A DNA stretch of 62,741 nucleotides, counting the filler. It is 3 parts of 3 records of this genome, joined end to end, with 100 filler letters (N's around TTAATTAATTAA, not from the genome) between each part and the next. Parts side by side here need not be neighbours in the genome. Positions count along the whole stretch, not along the records: positions 31,886 to 53,853 come from SRR20825019_484; positions 53,954 to 62,741 come from SRR20825019_494; 1 more part is not named here. The stretch is one strand, 5' to 3'. Of the stretch, positions 49,187 through 61,000 are shown one piece after another. A program made the translations under genes and the position numbers. Every line of letters begins with the position of its first letter. The first letter of the stretch is position 1. Under the pieces are notes generated by a model, which was given only the letters and a program-made list of their open reading frames with translations, was not told the origin of the DNA and made no database searches.

Positions 49187-51046
49187 ATGGCCCGAGCTTC
49201 TTCCGCGCCGCCGATCGTCGCCCTTCGCAACGCCCGGCTCACCCTCAGTGAACGCATTCTGTTCGACGATGTCGACGTCACCGTGGCCAAGGGCGAGCGC
49301 ATCTGCCTCGTCGGCCGCAACGGCTCCGGTAAATCCACGCTGCTGAAATGTCTCGCCGGATTAGTGGACCTCGACCAGGGCGAGCGGTTCGTGCAGCCCG
49401 GCGCCAAGGTCGCCTACCTGCCACAGGACCCGCCTCTGCCAAAAGGCATAAGCATCCGTGAGCATGTCAGGAGCGGTCTTTCGGTTCACCCGGGCGAACA
49501 TCCGGCGGAATATCTGGTCGATTCCATGCTGCTGCATCTCTCCCTCGACGGAGACCGGCTGACCGATGCCCTCTCGGGGGGCGAATCCCGCCGCGTTGCT
49601 CTTGCCCGGGCGATGGTGTCCGAGCCCGATGTGCTGCTGCTGGACGAGCCGACAAACCATCTCGACCTGCCGACCATCGAATGGCTGGAAGAGGAACTGG
49701 AAGCTTTCAAAGGCGGCATTCTGCTGATCAGCCATGACCGGACCTTCCTCAGCCGGCTGTCGAACCGGACCTACTGGATCGACCGTGGCGAAGTGCGCCG
49801 CAATTCCGACGGCTTCGCGGCCTTCGCAGATTGGGCGGACAAGGTGTTGGCGGACGAGGAAGCGACACGGCGACGGGTCGATAAACAGATCGCCGAGGAA
49901 ACCCGCTGGCTGCGTGAAGGCCTGACCGCCCGGCGCAAACGCAATATGGGCCGCGTCCGCACCCTGCTCGGCATGCGCCGGGAGCGGGCTGAAAGGGTGA
50001 AGCGGACGGGTCTGGTCAATCTCAGTGTCGGCGACGCCGAGTCCGGTGGTCAGCTCGTCATTGAAGCCAATCATATTTCAAAATCCTACCCGCAACCCGA
50101 CGGCACCGAGAAAGTTCTGGCGACGGACTTCTCCACCATTATCAAGCGGGGCGACCGGATCGGTCTCGTTGGCGCCAATGGTGCCGGCAAGACCACGCTT
50201 CTGAAAATGCTGATCGATCAGGAGAAGCCGGACAAGGGCCGCGTCCGTGTCGGCTTCGGCGTCGAGACTGTCTATTTCGACCAGTATCGGGAGACGCTGG
50301 ACGGCGACGCAACACTCTGGTCAACGCTCTGTCCCGGCGGCGGCGATACCGTCTTCGTGCACGGCAAACCGAAGCATGTCGTCTCCTACCTCCGGGACTT
50401 CCTGTTCGAGGAGCGTCAGGCACGGGCACATGTGAAGAACCTCTCCGGCGGTGAGCGCAACCGGCTACTGCTGGCGAAGCTGTTCGCCGGGCCGCACAAT
50501 TTGCTGGTGCTCGACGAGCCGACCAACGATCTCGATATCGAAACCCTCGACCTGCTGCAGGAAGTGCTCGGAGAATATGAGGGCACGATCATTCTGGTCA
50601 GCCATGACCGTGACTTTCTCGACCGGGTGGTGACCTCCATCATCGCCGTCGAAGGCGATGGCAAGATCGAGGAATTCGTCGGCGGCTTCAGCGACTACGC
50701 GGCTTACCGGAAAGCGGAAGCCGAAGAGGCGGCCGAGCCGAAGAAGCGGGAGAGCAAACCGTCCGCACCGGCACCGGAAAAACCGGCGCAGCCGAAGGCC
50801 AAGCTCAGCTACAAGGATCAACGCGCGCTCGACACCCTTCCGGACACGATCGACAAACTTGGAGCGGAAATCGAGGCGCTCGGGAACGAGCTTGCCAATC
50901 CCGATCTGTTTACCGGTGATCCGAAACGGTTCAAGGCTGCAAGCGCACGCCTCGAGGCGGCCCAGACCGAACTCGACGATGCGGAAAACCGCTGGCTTGA
51001 ACTTGAAGAGTTGCGCGAGAGCATAGAGAAAGCCCGTGCTTCATGA
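49187..51046 (+). CDS. uup: ABC-F family ATPase Uup
   Basis: Two ABC domains, WLREG.TARRKRN.GR linker and KLSYKDQR C-terminal domain. Confidence 0.92.
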   Translation: MARASSAPPIVALRNARLTLSERILFDDVDVTVAKGERICLVGRNGSGKSTLLKCLAGLVDLDQGERFVQPGAKVAYLPQDPPLPKGISIREHVRSGLSVHPGEHPAEYLVDSMLLHLSLDGDRLTDALSGGESRRVALARAMVSEPDVLLLDEPTNHLDLPTIEWLEEELEAFKGGILLISHDRTFLSRLSNRTYWIDRGEVRRNSDGFAAFADWADKVLADEEATRRRVDKQIAEETRWLREGLTARRKRNMGRVRTLLGMRRERAERVKRTGLVNLSVGDAESGGQLVIEANHISKSYPQPDGTEKVLATDFSTIIKRGDRIGLVGANGAGKTTLLKMLIDQEKPDKGRVRVGFGVETVYFDQYRETLDGDATLWSTLCPGGGDTVFVHGKPKHVVSYLRDFLFEERQARAHVKNLSGGERNRLLLAKLFAGPHNLLVLDEPTNDLDIETLDLLQEVLGEYEGTIILVSHDRDFLDRVVTSIIAVEGDGKIEEFVGGFSDYAAYRKAEAEEAAEPKKRESKPSAPAPEKPAQPKAKLSYKDQRALDTLPDTIDKLGAEIEALGNELANPDLFTGDPKRFKAASARLEAAQTELDDAENRWLELEELRESIEKARAS

Positions 51047-51924
51047 AGCCAAAGGACATTCTGCTCGGCGTCATCGTCATGGTCGTCTGGGGCATGAATT
51101 TCGCCTTCGGCAAGATCGCCATGGCCGAGTTCTCACCGATGATGCTGATCGGGCTGCGGTACTTGCTAACCGCCATCCTGCTGCTGCCTTTCCTGAGATG
51201 GCGAGGCATCAAGTTCCTGCATATCTTCGGCCTCTCGGTCACCCTCGGAGTGCTGCATTTCGCCTTCATGTTCACCGGCCTCAAGGGCACCGACGCCTCG
51301 CTCGCCGCCATCGCGGCGCAGATCCAGGTGCCGTTTGCCGTCATTCTTGCTGTCATTTTCTTCCGCGAGCGTCCGAACCGGCGGCAGATCCTTGGCATCG
51401 CCATCGCCTTTGCCGGCGTGGCCATGCTGGCAGGCGCTCCGAAAACCTCCAGCAGCCTGTTCAATCTCGGCCTCGTCATCATCGCCGCGCTGCTCTGGGG
51501 CCTTGCCCATATTCAGGTGAAATGGATGGGGGCCGTGAACCCGTTCGTGCTGAATGCCTGGATGTCGGTACTGGCCGCGCCCATGATGCTCGGCTCCTCG
51601 CTGATGCTCGAGGACGGTCAATGGGAATCAATTCAGACCGCCGGAGCCGCCGGTTGGGGCGGCGTGATCTATATGGCCGTGGGCGTTACCATCTTCGGCT
51701 ACGGCATCTGGTATAAAATCCTGCAAAAATACGACGTATCCCAGACCATGCCGTTGACCATCCTGGCACCGCTTGTCGGTGCCGCTTCCGGCATTGTCTT
51801 CCTTGGCGAGCATATGGACGCCTTCCAGCTTTCCGGAGCCGCCCTTACCATCATCGGGGTTGGCGCCGTGACCATAGGCCGGACGGGGCCCGCACCAAAA
51901 ATAGAAGCGGAAGCCAGGGGATAA
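51043..51924 (+). CDS. EamA/DMT family transporter
   Basis: Ten hydrophobic segments; VWGMNF, FRE and LGE repeats. Confidence 0.88.
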   Translation: MKPKDILLGVIVMVVWGMNFAFGKIAMAEFSPMMLIGLRYLLTAILLLPFLRWRGIKFLHIFGLSVTLGVLHFAFMFTGLKGTDASLAAIAAQIQVPFAVILAVIFFRERPNRRQILGIAIAFAGVAMLAGAPKTSSSLFNLGLVIIAALLWGLAHIQVKWMGAVNPFVLNAWMSVLAAPMMLGSSLMLEDGQWESIQTAGAAGWGGVIYMAVGVTIFGYGIWYKILQKYDVSQTMPLTILAPLVGAASGIVFLGEHMDAFQLSGAALTIIGVGAVTIGRTGPAPKIEAEARG

Positions 51925-51931
51925 GCGCGCA

Positions 51932-52654
51932 ATGGAGGGAATGGACACGATCATCGAACACCCTTCCCCGAACCATGACGCACGGCCGGACGGGACCGTT
52001 ATCGACATCCTGCTGCTGCATTATACCGGCATGCAGTCCGCCGAAGCCGCCCTCGACCGGCTAACCGATCCGGATGCCAAGGTCAGCGCCCATTATCTGA
52101 TCAACGAGGACGGCCGCTGCTACCGGATGGTCGACGAGAACCGGCGGGCCTGGCATGCCGGTGTCGCCTCATGGCAGGGCGCGACGGATATCAATGCCCG
52201 CTCGATTGGCATCGAGCTGGTCAATCCGGGCCACCAGTTCGGCTACCGGCCCTTCCCCGACCGGCAGATGGAATGCCTCATCCGCCTGTCACAAGCGACC
52301 CTTCAGCGCCACCCCATTCCGCCGGCACGCGTTCTCGCCCATTCCGATGTCGCCCCGGACCGCAAGGAAGACCCAGGAGAGTTGTTCGACTGGGAGAGTT
52401 TGGCCCGCAACGGCATTGGCCTCTGGCCCGCCTCTCTTCCCACAGCACGTGACGCGATGAGTTTTTCGGAGGCAATGCGGCTGCTTTCGGAAATCGGATA
52501 TGCCGCGCCGGAAACGGCCCTGATGAGCCAGTCCGCGCGCAGTGTCTTGCTGGCCTTTCAACGCCGCTGGATAGCACAGGATCTGACGGGTGCCCTGACA
52601 CCGAAAACCGCTGCGCGCATTCGCGATGTCCACGCAAAGGCATTTCGCATCTGA
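51932..52654 (+). CDS. N-acetylmuramoyl-L-alanine amidase (AmpD/AmiD type)
   Basis: LHYTGM, VSAHY, RAWHAG, SIGIE and HSD..P.RKEDPG motifs. Confidence 0.93.
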   Translation: MEGMDTIIEHPSPNHDARPDGTVIDILLLHYTGMQSAEAALDRLTDPDAKVSAHYLINEDGRCYRMVDENRRAWHAGVASWQGATDINARSIGIELVNPGHQFGYRPFPDRQMECLIRLSQATLQRHPIPPARVLAHSDVAPDRKEDPGELFDWESLARNGIGLWPASLPTARDAMSFSEAMRLLSEIGYAAPETALMSQSARSVLLAFQRRWIAQDLTGALTPKTAARIRDVHAKAFRI

Positions 52655-52715
52655 GCGCACTTTTTGCGCTCCTTTTCCGCTTGCATAAATCCGGGAACAC
52701 GTTCATATCCGGCTG

Positions 52716-52831
52716 ACGACGCGCGCACGTGCCACTGGCCCAGGCGAGACAGCCCAGCAGGTTAAGCAACGACGAGGCGTCCTTTTTGAAACTCAGGTCC
52801 CGAGGGGACCGGTTCCGAGAGGGAAGCACCG
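52716..52831 (+). promoter_or_regulatory. Structured leader of ornithine decarboxylase (possible alphaproteobacterial speF element)
   Basis: Position upstream of ODC; GGTCCC-gag-GGGACC hairpin; TTGCAT-N17-CATATC promoter-like site upstream. Confidence 0.45.
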
Positions 52832-53853
52832 ATGCTTGAGCCGAAACGCGGCGCCTTCGCCGCTGTTCCGTATTCCAACAACCAAAACACCGCCGTTCAG
52901 CTTGTTGAGCTGGAGCAGGAGCCCGTAGCGCGCGCAGTTTCTTCCGTGTCCGCGCGTCTGGCAGATTATTTTGCGAATGAAGTGATCGATGGCCCGCAGC
53001 TGGCGGTCGATCTGGAGCTGGTGGAAGCCCGCTACAACATTCTCGCCACCGGTTTTCGCGGTGCCGATATTTTCTACGCCATCAAAGCCAACCCGTCGGT
53101 CGAGATTCTGGACCGGGTGGCCGCGCTCGGCGGGTATTTCGATTGCGCCAGCATGGGCGAGATCGACCTGGTGCTGAGCCGGGGCGTCAGCCCGAGCCGG
53201 ATCAGCTTCGGCAACACCATCAAGAAAGAAAGCGTGATCCGCAAAGCCTTCGATTGCGGCGTCCGGCTGTTCTCCTTCGACAGCGAAGGCGAGCTTGAGA
53301 AGCTGGCCCGCTCCGCCCCCGGCGCCTCCGTTTTCTGCCGCATCCTGGCGGAGAACGACAGCGCCGACTGGCCACTGTCCCACAAGTTCGGCTGCTGCGT
53401 GAAAATGGCCGGTGACCTGCTGATCGAAGCGGATCGTCTCGGCCTCGATGCCTATGGCGTTTCCTTCCATGTCGGCTCCCAGCAGAAGAACCCGCGCGCC
53501 TGGCGCGAGGCCCTTGCCGATGTCGCCAGGCTGATGCAGCGGCTCGACCGCTCCGGCGTCAGCCTGCGCATGATCAATCTCGGCGGCGGCATGCCGGGGA
53601 CCTACGACAATGGCGAGACGGACCTGCTGGAATATGGCGCGGTCGTCATGGCGGCGGTGCGCGAGCAGTTCGGCGACCGGGCACTCGACCTGATCATCGA
53701 GCCGGGCCGGGGACTGGTTGCCGATGCCGGCATCATTCAGGCGGAAGTCGTGCTGGTATCCCGGAAGGACGACAGCGACGCACCACGCTGGGTCTATCTC
53801 GATATCGGCAAGTTCAACGGCCTCGCCGAAACCATGGACGAAGCCATCCGCTA
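52832..53853 (+). CDS. Ornithine/lysine decarboxylase (fold-type III PLP), truncated by contig end
   Basis: YAIKAN, GNTIKK, WPLSHKFG, SFHVGSQ, NLGGG and EPGR motifs. Confidence 0.93.
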
Positions 53854-53953
53854 NNNNNNNNNNNNNNNNNNNNNNNNNNNNNNNNNNNNNNNNNNNNTTA
53901 ATTAATTAANNNNNNNNNNNNNNNNNNNNNNNNNNNNNNNNNNNNNNNNNNNN
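53854..53953. other. Artificial contig linker
   Basis: N44-TTAATTAATTAA-N44. Confidence 0.98.
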
Positions 53954-54111
53954 GTGTGCTTATGACTCCAAGCGCCGGGCGAGACGGACTCAGACTCCGT
54001 ACTGCCGTCGTCGTGATGAGCGGTGAGTCTCAGTGTTCCTTCTTTTCAGTGGTGGTGGGTCGTTGCCTGAGGTGCTGGGCCCGCCGGACCCGTGGCAACT
54101 GACCCACCCTC

Positions 54112-55064
54112 TTAGTGTCGGGGGGTCGTCAAGTACTCGAGGGTGTCCGCCCCCTCAGGCCGTGGGCTCAAGCCCACCTGCTTGTCGAGCAGTGCCTTCA
54201 TCTCCATTTCCTTCGCCAAACGCTCCTGATCCAACGTCCTCTTGGACACAACATCACAGAGCTCGATGCGCTGCTCGTTCATCCTCGTAATGTAGTCCTC
54301 GCCTTGGTAGATGAACTGCTCCCCGTGGTTGGTAAGCAGCGAAGAGATCATCCAAGAGATGCCAGAAGACGCATCCATGAATCCCTCAAACGTCTGCACA
54401 CCCCATGAGCCTACGGTCGTCAGAGCATCTGTTCAGAATTCTCGACTCACCGCGGAATCCTCCACAATATCCTCGTTCTCCCGAATCTTGAGGACCAAGT
54501 CCTCGCGGATATACACCGCGTCCAGGATCTTGTTGTACTCATTCACGGCATTCTCGAGGTCTTCAGGATACTTATTCGTGGTGTATTTGATCACCATATC
54601 GATCTGCAGGCCATGTTAGTCAAGCTGATGGCCATGGATGCAAGAAGTGGTACCCTGAATGAGTTGGGGAGAGACAGATCTTTCCATAGCTTGTGCATCA
54701 TGTCAATCACCCGGCTGGGGATAGGATACTGCAAATACAAGATTAATGCGCGACTTCGCCCATCATCGGATCATACGGGCATACCCTAGGCTCCTGCTCG
54801 TTGTCCAGAACATCAAAGTCTTCCAGGGTCTCCTCCTCCATTTCCTGATGCGCAGTCAGCAAGCAAATATATTTCACAACACGAGCCATTCCATCGTTCG
54901 TACATCGTCCGTGTCCGTATCGTCATCGAATCGGCTCAGGTCCTGCATGGCCTTCTGAACATCCTGCTTGTGCTTTCTTCTAGCGACCAACTTCGCCTTG
55001 GCAATCTGACCGATGAATGTGTAAGCTAAAACATCCACGCCGTTCAATATCTCCATGAACTGAC
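54112..55064 (-). CDS. Last exons of a eukaryotic multi-exon gene (hand-spliced)
   Basis: GT-AG introns at 55006-55064, 54845-54903, 54729-54784, 54604-54653 and 54394-54450 join in frame: IAKAKL...DTDTDD|EMEEE...QEPR|YPIPS...NSFR|IDMVIKY...EDSA|TFEGF...stop at 54112. Confidence 0.85.
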
Positions 55065-58000
55065 CCTCTTCAGTTCCAGCTGTTTCTTCCGCTCCTCCTC
55101 TTTCTCCTTCTTCTTCTTCTCAATCGCCTCCATGCGCAGTCTCGCTGGCATTCACGTCGCTTAACCACTTAACGATCACACGCGAAGCCATATCACCCAC
55201 CGACTTGCTCGTAGTCAATCCCTTCCTGCGATGCAACGCTCCCCGCGCTCTCAGCATCCGACATGGCATTGTCCACGTCCGATTGCGCCTTTTCAGAGGC
55301 ATTCTAGCTGGGGTTTGAGTGGACCTGACGCAACAAGCCGAGGGTGGGCACCGTACCTCTTCCTCTTCTTCCTCAAGTTCCTTCAGCTCCTCCTCCAATG
55401 CCGCAAGCTCTTCCTCATCGTTGCGCTCCTCCTCCTGCAAGAAAAATTTTCAAATCGAAATCAGAATCCGAATCCGAATCCCCAAATATAGCACATGCAC
55501 CCACCTCTTCGTCAGTTTCCTCTTCCTCCTCGGTGCCCGACTGCTCTTCATTCAGGGCATCTTCAACCGCTTCATTCTGCAAAAAACACATTAGCCCGTG
55601 CCCGCCGCCACACATCGCGCGGCATACATCCTGCGCATTCAAGCCATCAGGCGGAGCTTCCTCCTGCTCCGGCTCGTCTTTGGGCAAGTCCCAGACGGCA
55701 GCCTCTTCTTGTTCTTGTTTGATTCTTCTCCGCTCTGCCTTGGCTTCCTGCTTCGCCTTCTTTTTCTTTGCTTTCTTGCGGAACTTGCGAATCTGCCCAA
55801 CCGTAGACATTACGGCATCAAGACCACTGGACATAGACTGCATTTTCTTTCCAAGTTCGTCAAGCAGACTGGATCTTCCGGCCTCTTCTGCCACATCACT
55901 GCCCATGCTGCGGCGCCCCCACGTGGCATTAGAGGCCCTCGCTCCTCGGACATCATCGTCACTGTCATCGCTGCCCTCTATTCGATCTAATGGATCGAAG
56001 CGGCTCTTGTTCTCATACGGATCCATGAACTTCCTGCGAGGGGGCTCAGTCGGGGAGGGGGGCAATCCACAATCCAGTTGGAGTAGGTCCACTCACATTC
56101 TAAAAGGCGAGTCTTCCGTGAACGCACCAGTCCACCACTCGGGCAGAGGCGTCTCGGTATATAATTTCGACACGATCCGGCCGGAATCGTGCTCGAATTT
56201 GTCTGCGCGCAAGGATGTCAAGGCACAGGATTCAGAGTCGATGGGACCGGGCCCATACCGCCATGGAAGGTCCTGTGAGACCCAAGGCCTTCAAGGTACT
56301 CTGCGCTGTAGTCGTATGGCGCGGTGAGGGCCTCTCGGAGCTTCGAGACGGCCTCAAGCTTGAGTGACTTCCGAGCTTCCTCCAGTGCTTCCTGCAAACC
56401 AACCATTGATCCCAATTCCAGCAACAAAAGCGATAGAAACAGCGATTTCGATAGAAACACGTCTTCCCACCACCCCGTCAGTGTTCATCCCGCTGAATTG
56501 ACGACCCAACAAACGATTCTCCACCATCCCAAACGCACCAAGGGCCCGGACATGACACCATACCTCCTCTTCACGCTCCTTCCGCCGAGCCTCCGCGGCC
56601 TCCTCGTCGGAGTCCTCATCCACGCCTTCGGTGTCACCCCCATCGTCTACAGACGCTACGGACCCAACGCTGCTCTTTCTTCGCATCTTTTTCTTCTTCT
56701 TTTTCTTCTTCTTTTCCTTTTCGATTTCTTCGTTCCTGGCAGCCGATTCTCAGACCAAGATCAACTCACACGGGGCGCCTGTCACTTACGAGGGCTCTTC
56801 AACGGGATTTCCATTCTCGTCGAACACTTGGACCACCATCTTCGGGAGCGGGTTCCCGTCCTTATCGAGTAAGACATTGCCGTGCTCATCGCGGGGGGTC
56901 TTGAATCTCATCTTGTTTCTCTTGGCGTTTCCACGCGCAGTACCGGAACCTCGGGCGCTCATCTTCTGTTGCCTTGCTGACTTGAGCTGACGCGTAGACA
57001 GCATACCCCTCTTCGTCATCCTGAAAGCCATAACATCAACCGCGGCATCACACAGATTCGTTCTACATATATGACTCACTTTCCGCCAAAAAATCGAGAC
57101 GTCGTCTGACGATTCGTGGTGTTCCCTCCAGACTGCATGATCTGCGTGATCGTATTGATGGAATTCCGCTCTCGCATCGCGTAGACCTCGAATCGCTCGC
57201 CCGCTTCCTCGCGCTCTTCCGCAGACATGAAATACCTACGCCCCCGCAAGGTCGCATCAGTGAACTTCAAACTCAACGGATCATGATATATGTGGAGTGT
57301 TCCACTCACCAGGCCATAAAATCTTCGGTTAGCTCGTAGGCGTCCCATGGGGATACAAATTCCTGGAAATATTGTCTGAACTTCTTCTGCAAAACGCCAA
57401 CACGGTGGGCCCGTCCTCTTTCCAAGGCTTCCTTTCCTGTGATGCGGATCATTGTCAACACCATATCTTGCCCTTATTCACGGGGGACCTACCCATGAAC
57501 GATTGGCGAATATACTGTGCCAGAACCTCATCTGAGAATATCTGACGAAGCATGTCAGGAGGATTAAGAACGCGGACCGGCTGAGTGTCATACCGCATTC
57601 AAGGCGTCTTCGACGTAGAAGTAACGCTTCATATAGGGGTCCAGCTCCTTCATGATAATCTTGGCGCGATAGTGCAGTTCTTTGGGGAAGAGTTTCTCGA
57701 AGGTGACCTGGAATCCAATATTCGATACATACCTGTGGTGACCGATCAGTCTCGAGGCTAGGCCCGCATATGTGAAGATGCCACACTCACGAAAATTTGC
57801 ACATAAAGTACTCCACGCGCTGCTTCTCCGCATCGTTCAGATAGACGTCGATGCCCTCGTTCCATATCACTCCCGGAAGCTCCAAGATCGCCCACGCGTC
57901 CAGGCGGGTATCAACAATGGTCTTATCAAAGGTCTCATGTGGCTCAATCTTCAGATCGCGTCAGTCGTTATATCGCTTGGCCGGGCATCTGACTCACCCC

Positions 58001-61000
58001 CGAGTGCGCCTTTATATAGGCAAAGTCCACCACGATTTCATCATCCATGCACTGCTTGAGGAAATCGCGAGTGATGCACCGCTTGCCATTCACACTGCCC
58101 CACCGTAAATCATTAGCAAAAATTTCGCGTCGCGGTGTTGGGCTGCCTACTTTGTGGAATTATTAATGATGTACTCCTTGATGGGGTGCTTGTGCTTGGG
58201 ATTCATCGTGTTGATTTTTCCCGTTGTCCGTGCCTTGAGCAAGATGCGTAGGACCTGAACAGAGAATATATCAGCATCCATTGTCACACAGGGTAACTAT
58301 CGCCGACCTCGCACTCCAACAACTTCATGATGGAGATGAAGACTGTGCGAGGGTCGTCTTCTACCAAGCATGCCTCCTTGGTAATCTCCCAGAACTCGGC
58401 GGCTGCAGGGCACCGATATCAGCTTGGAGCAGCACCCCACAGAATAGATAAACCCACCCGTAATGTATATGTCGAGTTGCTGGAAAACTCCCCGAACCTT
58501 TGGAGGAGTCACCTTGCCGCTAAAATACTTGTCCTCCGCGCGCAAGATTTTCTCAATCTATCAAATCCTCAGTCGGGGCCAACGCTGCTCCACGCTCGTG
58601 CCACCTCACCTTCTTAATCATGACATGAGTGTAGGCATGGCTGAACCACTTTCCACACGTGTAACTGTCGAAGAGATCCTCGATGTCGATGTATCCCGTT
58701 TCTCCCGGGTCTAGCTTGTCAACAATGGATCCATGCTCCTCTACCACGTAGGCTGCGAGAACGAAATTAAGAATGAAGACGCGACATGGGCACTCGCACA
58801 TACATTGCATGGCGTCGACGAGATCATCCCATCGTAGCTTGGACATAGACGCCTTCTTCACGAATATCTTCTGCATATTGGTTTTTCTATCAAGTGATAA
58901 ATCAATCACAAAGATAAGCAGGCACAGGAAGGATGCTCATACCGGTGGCGCGCCTCTGTGCTTGCGAACCATTTCCGAATTGTGGAGAGCTCAGAGAATC
59001 CATCCATTTTAAAACGGGTGTTGTCCTTGGTAATATCCAGCCCTCGGACCATGTGCTCCACCTCTAGCTTACCGACGTTCCCCTTCCCCATGGCTGCGAG
59101 AACTAGGCAGCCACAAGTCAACACACGCCAGGGCCGAACACCGTTCCTCGCTTACGGAATTCCACTCGGTCGATTGTACTGAATGAAACCTTGAGCATAA
59201 GCGCACGCAGGGCTGCAATCTGATCCGCCGAGGCCCAATGTCCCCACGGCACCTCACGCGGGAACCCGCCTTCAACGAGCTCCATTACCTGAGACCCACA
59301 ATCAACAAGTTTTCGCAATTCAAAAGCACACTTCGACCTACCAATTCGCTATGGGCAACCTCATCCACCTCGAAAAGATCATTGCAGTGCGAATCAAACT
59401 CGGATATGAGCCGGGCCTTCTGGGACATGGACAAGAGCACATGCATCTTCCACAAGCAATAGAACAAGTCGTTCGTCTGAATATTTTTCTCCTTTGTAAA
59501 CAGGTGGACGTATTCCAGGAATATCTCATGCCTGCAATAGGTCATGTCAGACTCAGGTCCCCGCCACAGCGAGGCCGAAAAAAAAAAAAAAAAAAAAAAA
59601 CTCACAGAACCGCCTTTCTATCGCTTCCCCTTTTCATCAAGTTCATTTCGATCACGCCCCCAAGCTTAAATTCTTCCTTGTCCTCCTCATATTGATCGGT
59701 CTCCTCCTTGGACACGACATCGTAACTATCGCTCAACCACGGTTTCTCGTATATCATCGCCCTTTTCTTTCTCTTTTTCTTGTCAAACTTGGCCTTGAAA
59801 TCCTTTCCAAACCTGCTTGCGTTCATCTGAAGCCGTGCCAGCCGTCTGGAGAAGAGTCTATCAGCCCCAACATCCTCACCCAATGCCGCGTGCAATACCT
59901 CGCCGCCTTCATGCGGTCCTGCTTCTCCCGCTTCATTCGCCGCAATATCATATTCCTCATTGCTTTCGGGGTATCTTGCAACACCTCGATGAGGTCTTCC
60001 TCGGTTCCGTCCTGTAGAACTATGTCAGCCATCGTGAATGTGCACCAGGGCAACGGACCGTACCAAATCGTTCACACCAAGATCGGCCAGTATCTGCGTC
60101 ATGCCTTCTTCAACATCATCGAACTCGTCCGCCGTCAGAGTGAGCAGCTTGCGGATGTAATCCCCAACGCTGGAGTGGTCGCTGATGTCTGAATAATAGT
60201 CATCATCGGTGTCGGTGTCACTCTCAGGCTGGTCCTCCCTCCTGATCTGCCTGCCACGCTCATCCTGTCCGTACGGAATCAGCCCGACCCGACCGCCCCA
60301 AAACCACACGATTCACTCACCCGATAGTCGTAGTCACTTTCCACATCGCTAAGCGACACGTAGCTCGGTTCCCCGGCCTCATTGCTGTCCTCGCCGTCAT
60401 CCGCGCCGTCATTCGGCTGCCCTAGGCTGGTTTGTGCCGTGCCGTGGCCGCTTGATTCTTTCTTCTTGCCGACGCTGCTCCTTGTTCGTCGCGCCGACTG
60501 CGGCGCCCCTCGGGAAGTTCCCATCTGGCTCGGCCGTCTGGTATCGAGGGAGCTCACACGGGCGGACTTGCGCTCCTCCTTGGGCTTTCCGGCAAGCTTT
60601 TCTGCCAGTGCCTTCTCCGAGAGCTCTTTCTCGTCCTCCTTCGCTTTCAGCAAATTGGCGTGTCGCAACTTCTTCGTCTGTGAGGCACGCGAGTCAGAAA
60701 GCTGACTCCACCACCAAGGCCCCCCCGCTTACCGCATTCTGTAACTTCTTCTCAGCTAGCAACTTTTGTTGCTTGGCCTTCTTGCGCGCGAGAGCCGGAT
60801 CTTCCTCCGCGGACTTCTTCTTGTTCTTCGCCTCGGCGCGCCGTTGTTCATTCAGGAGACGCTGCTTCTCCCGGGTCTTCTCTGCCTGGGACATCACGGC
60901 CATGGCCTTGGCCCGGCGCTCCTCCTTCTCATCATGCGGTGGGGTGATAGGCCGCTTGCCCCTTGACCGAATATCTTCAATGATTTCCTGTCTCACTCGT

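Noticed and set aside
55344-56872. Plus-strand ORFs in the eukaryotic contig
   Set aside because: Ser/Phe/Leu-rich mirrors of K/E-rich minus-strand exons; the splice signals I traced are on the minus strand
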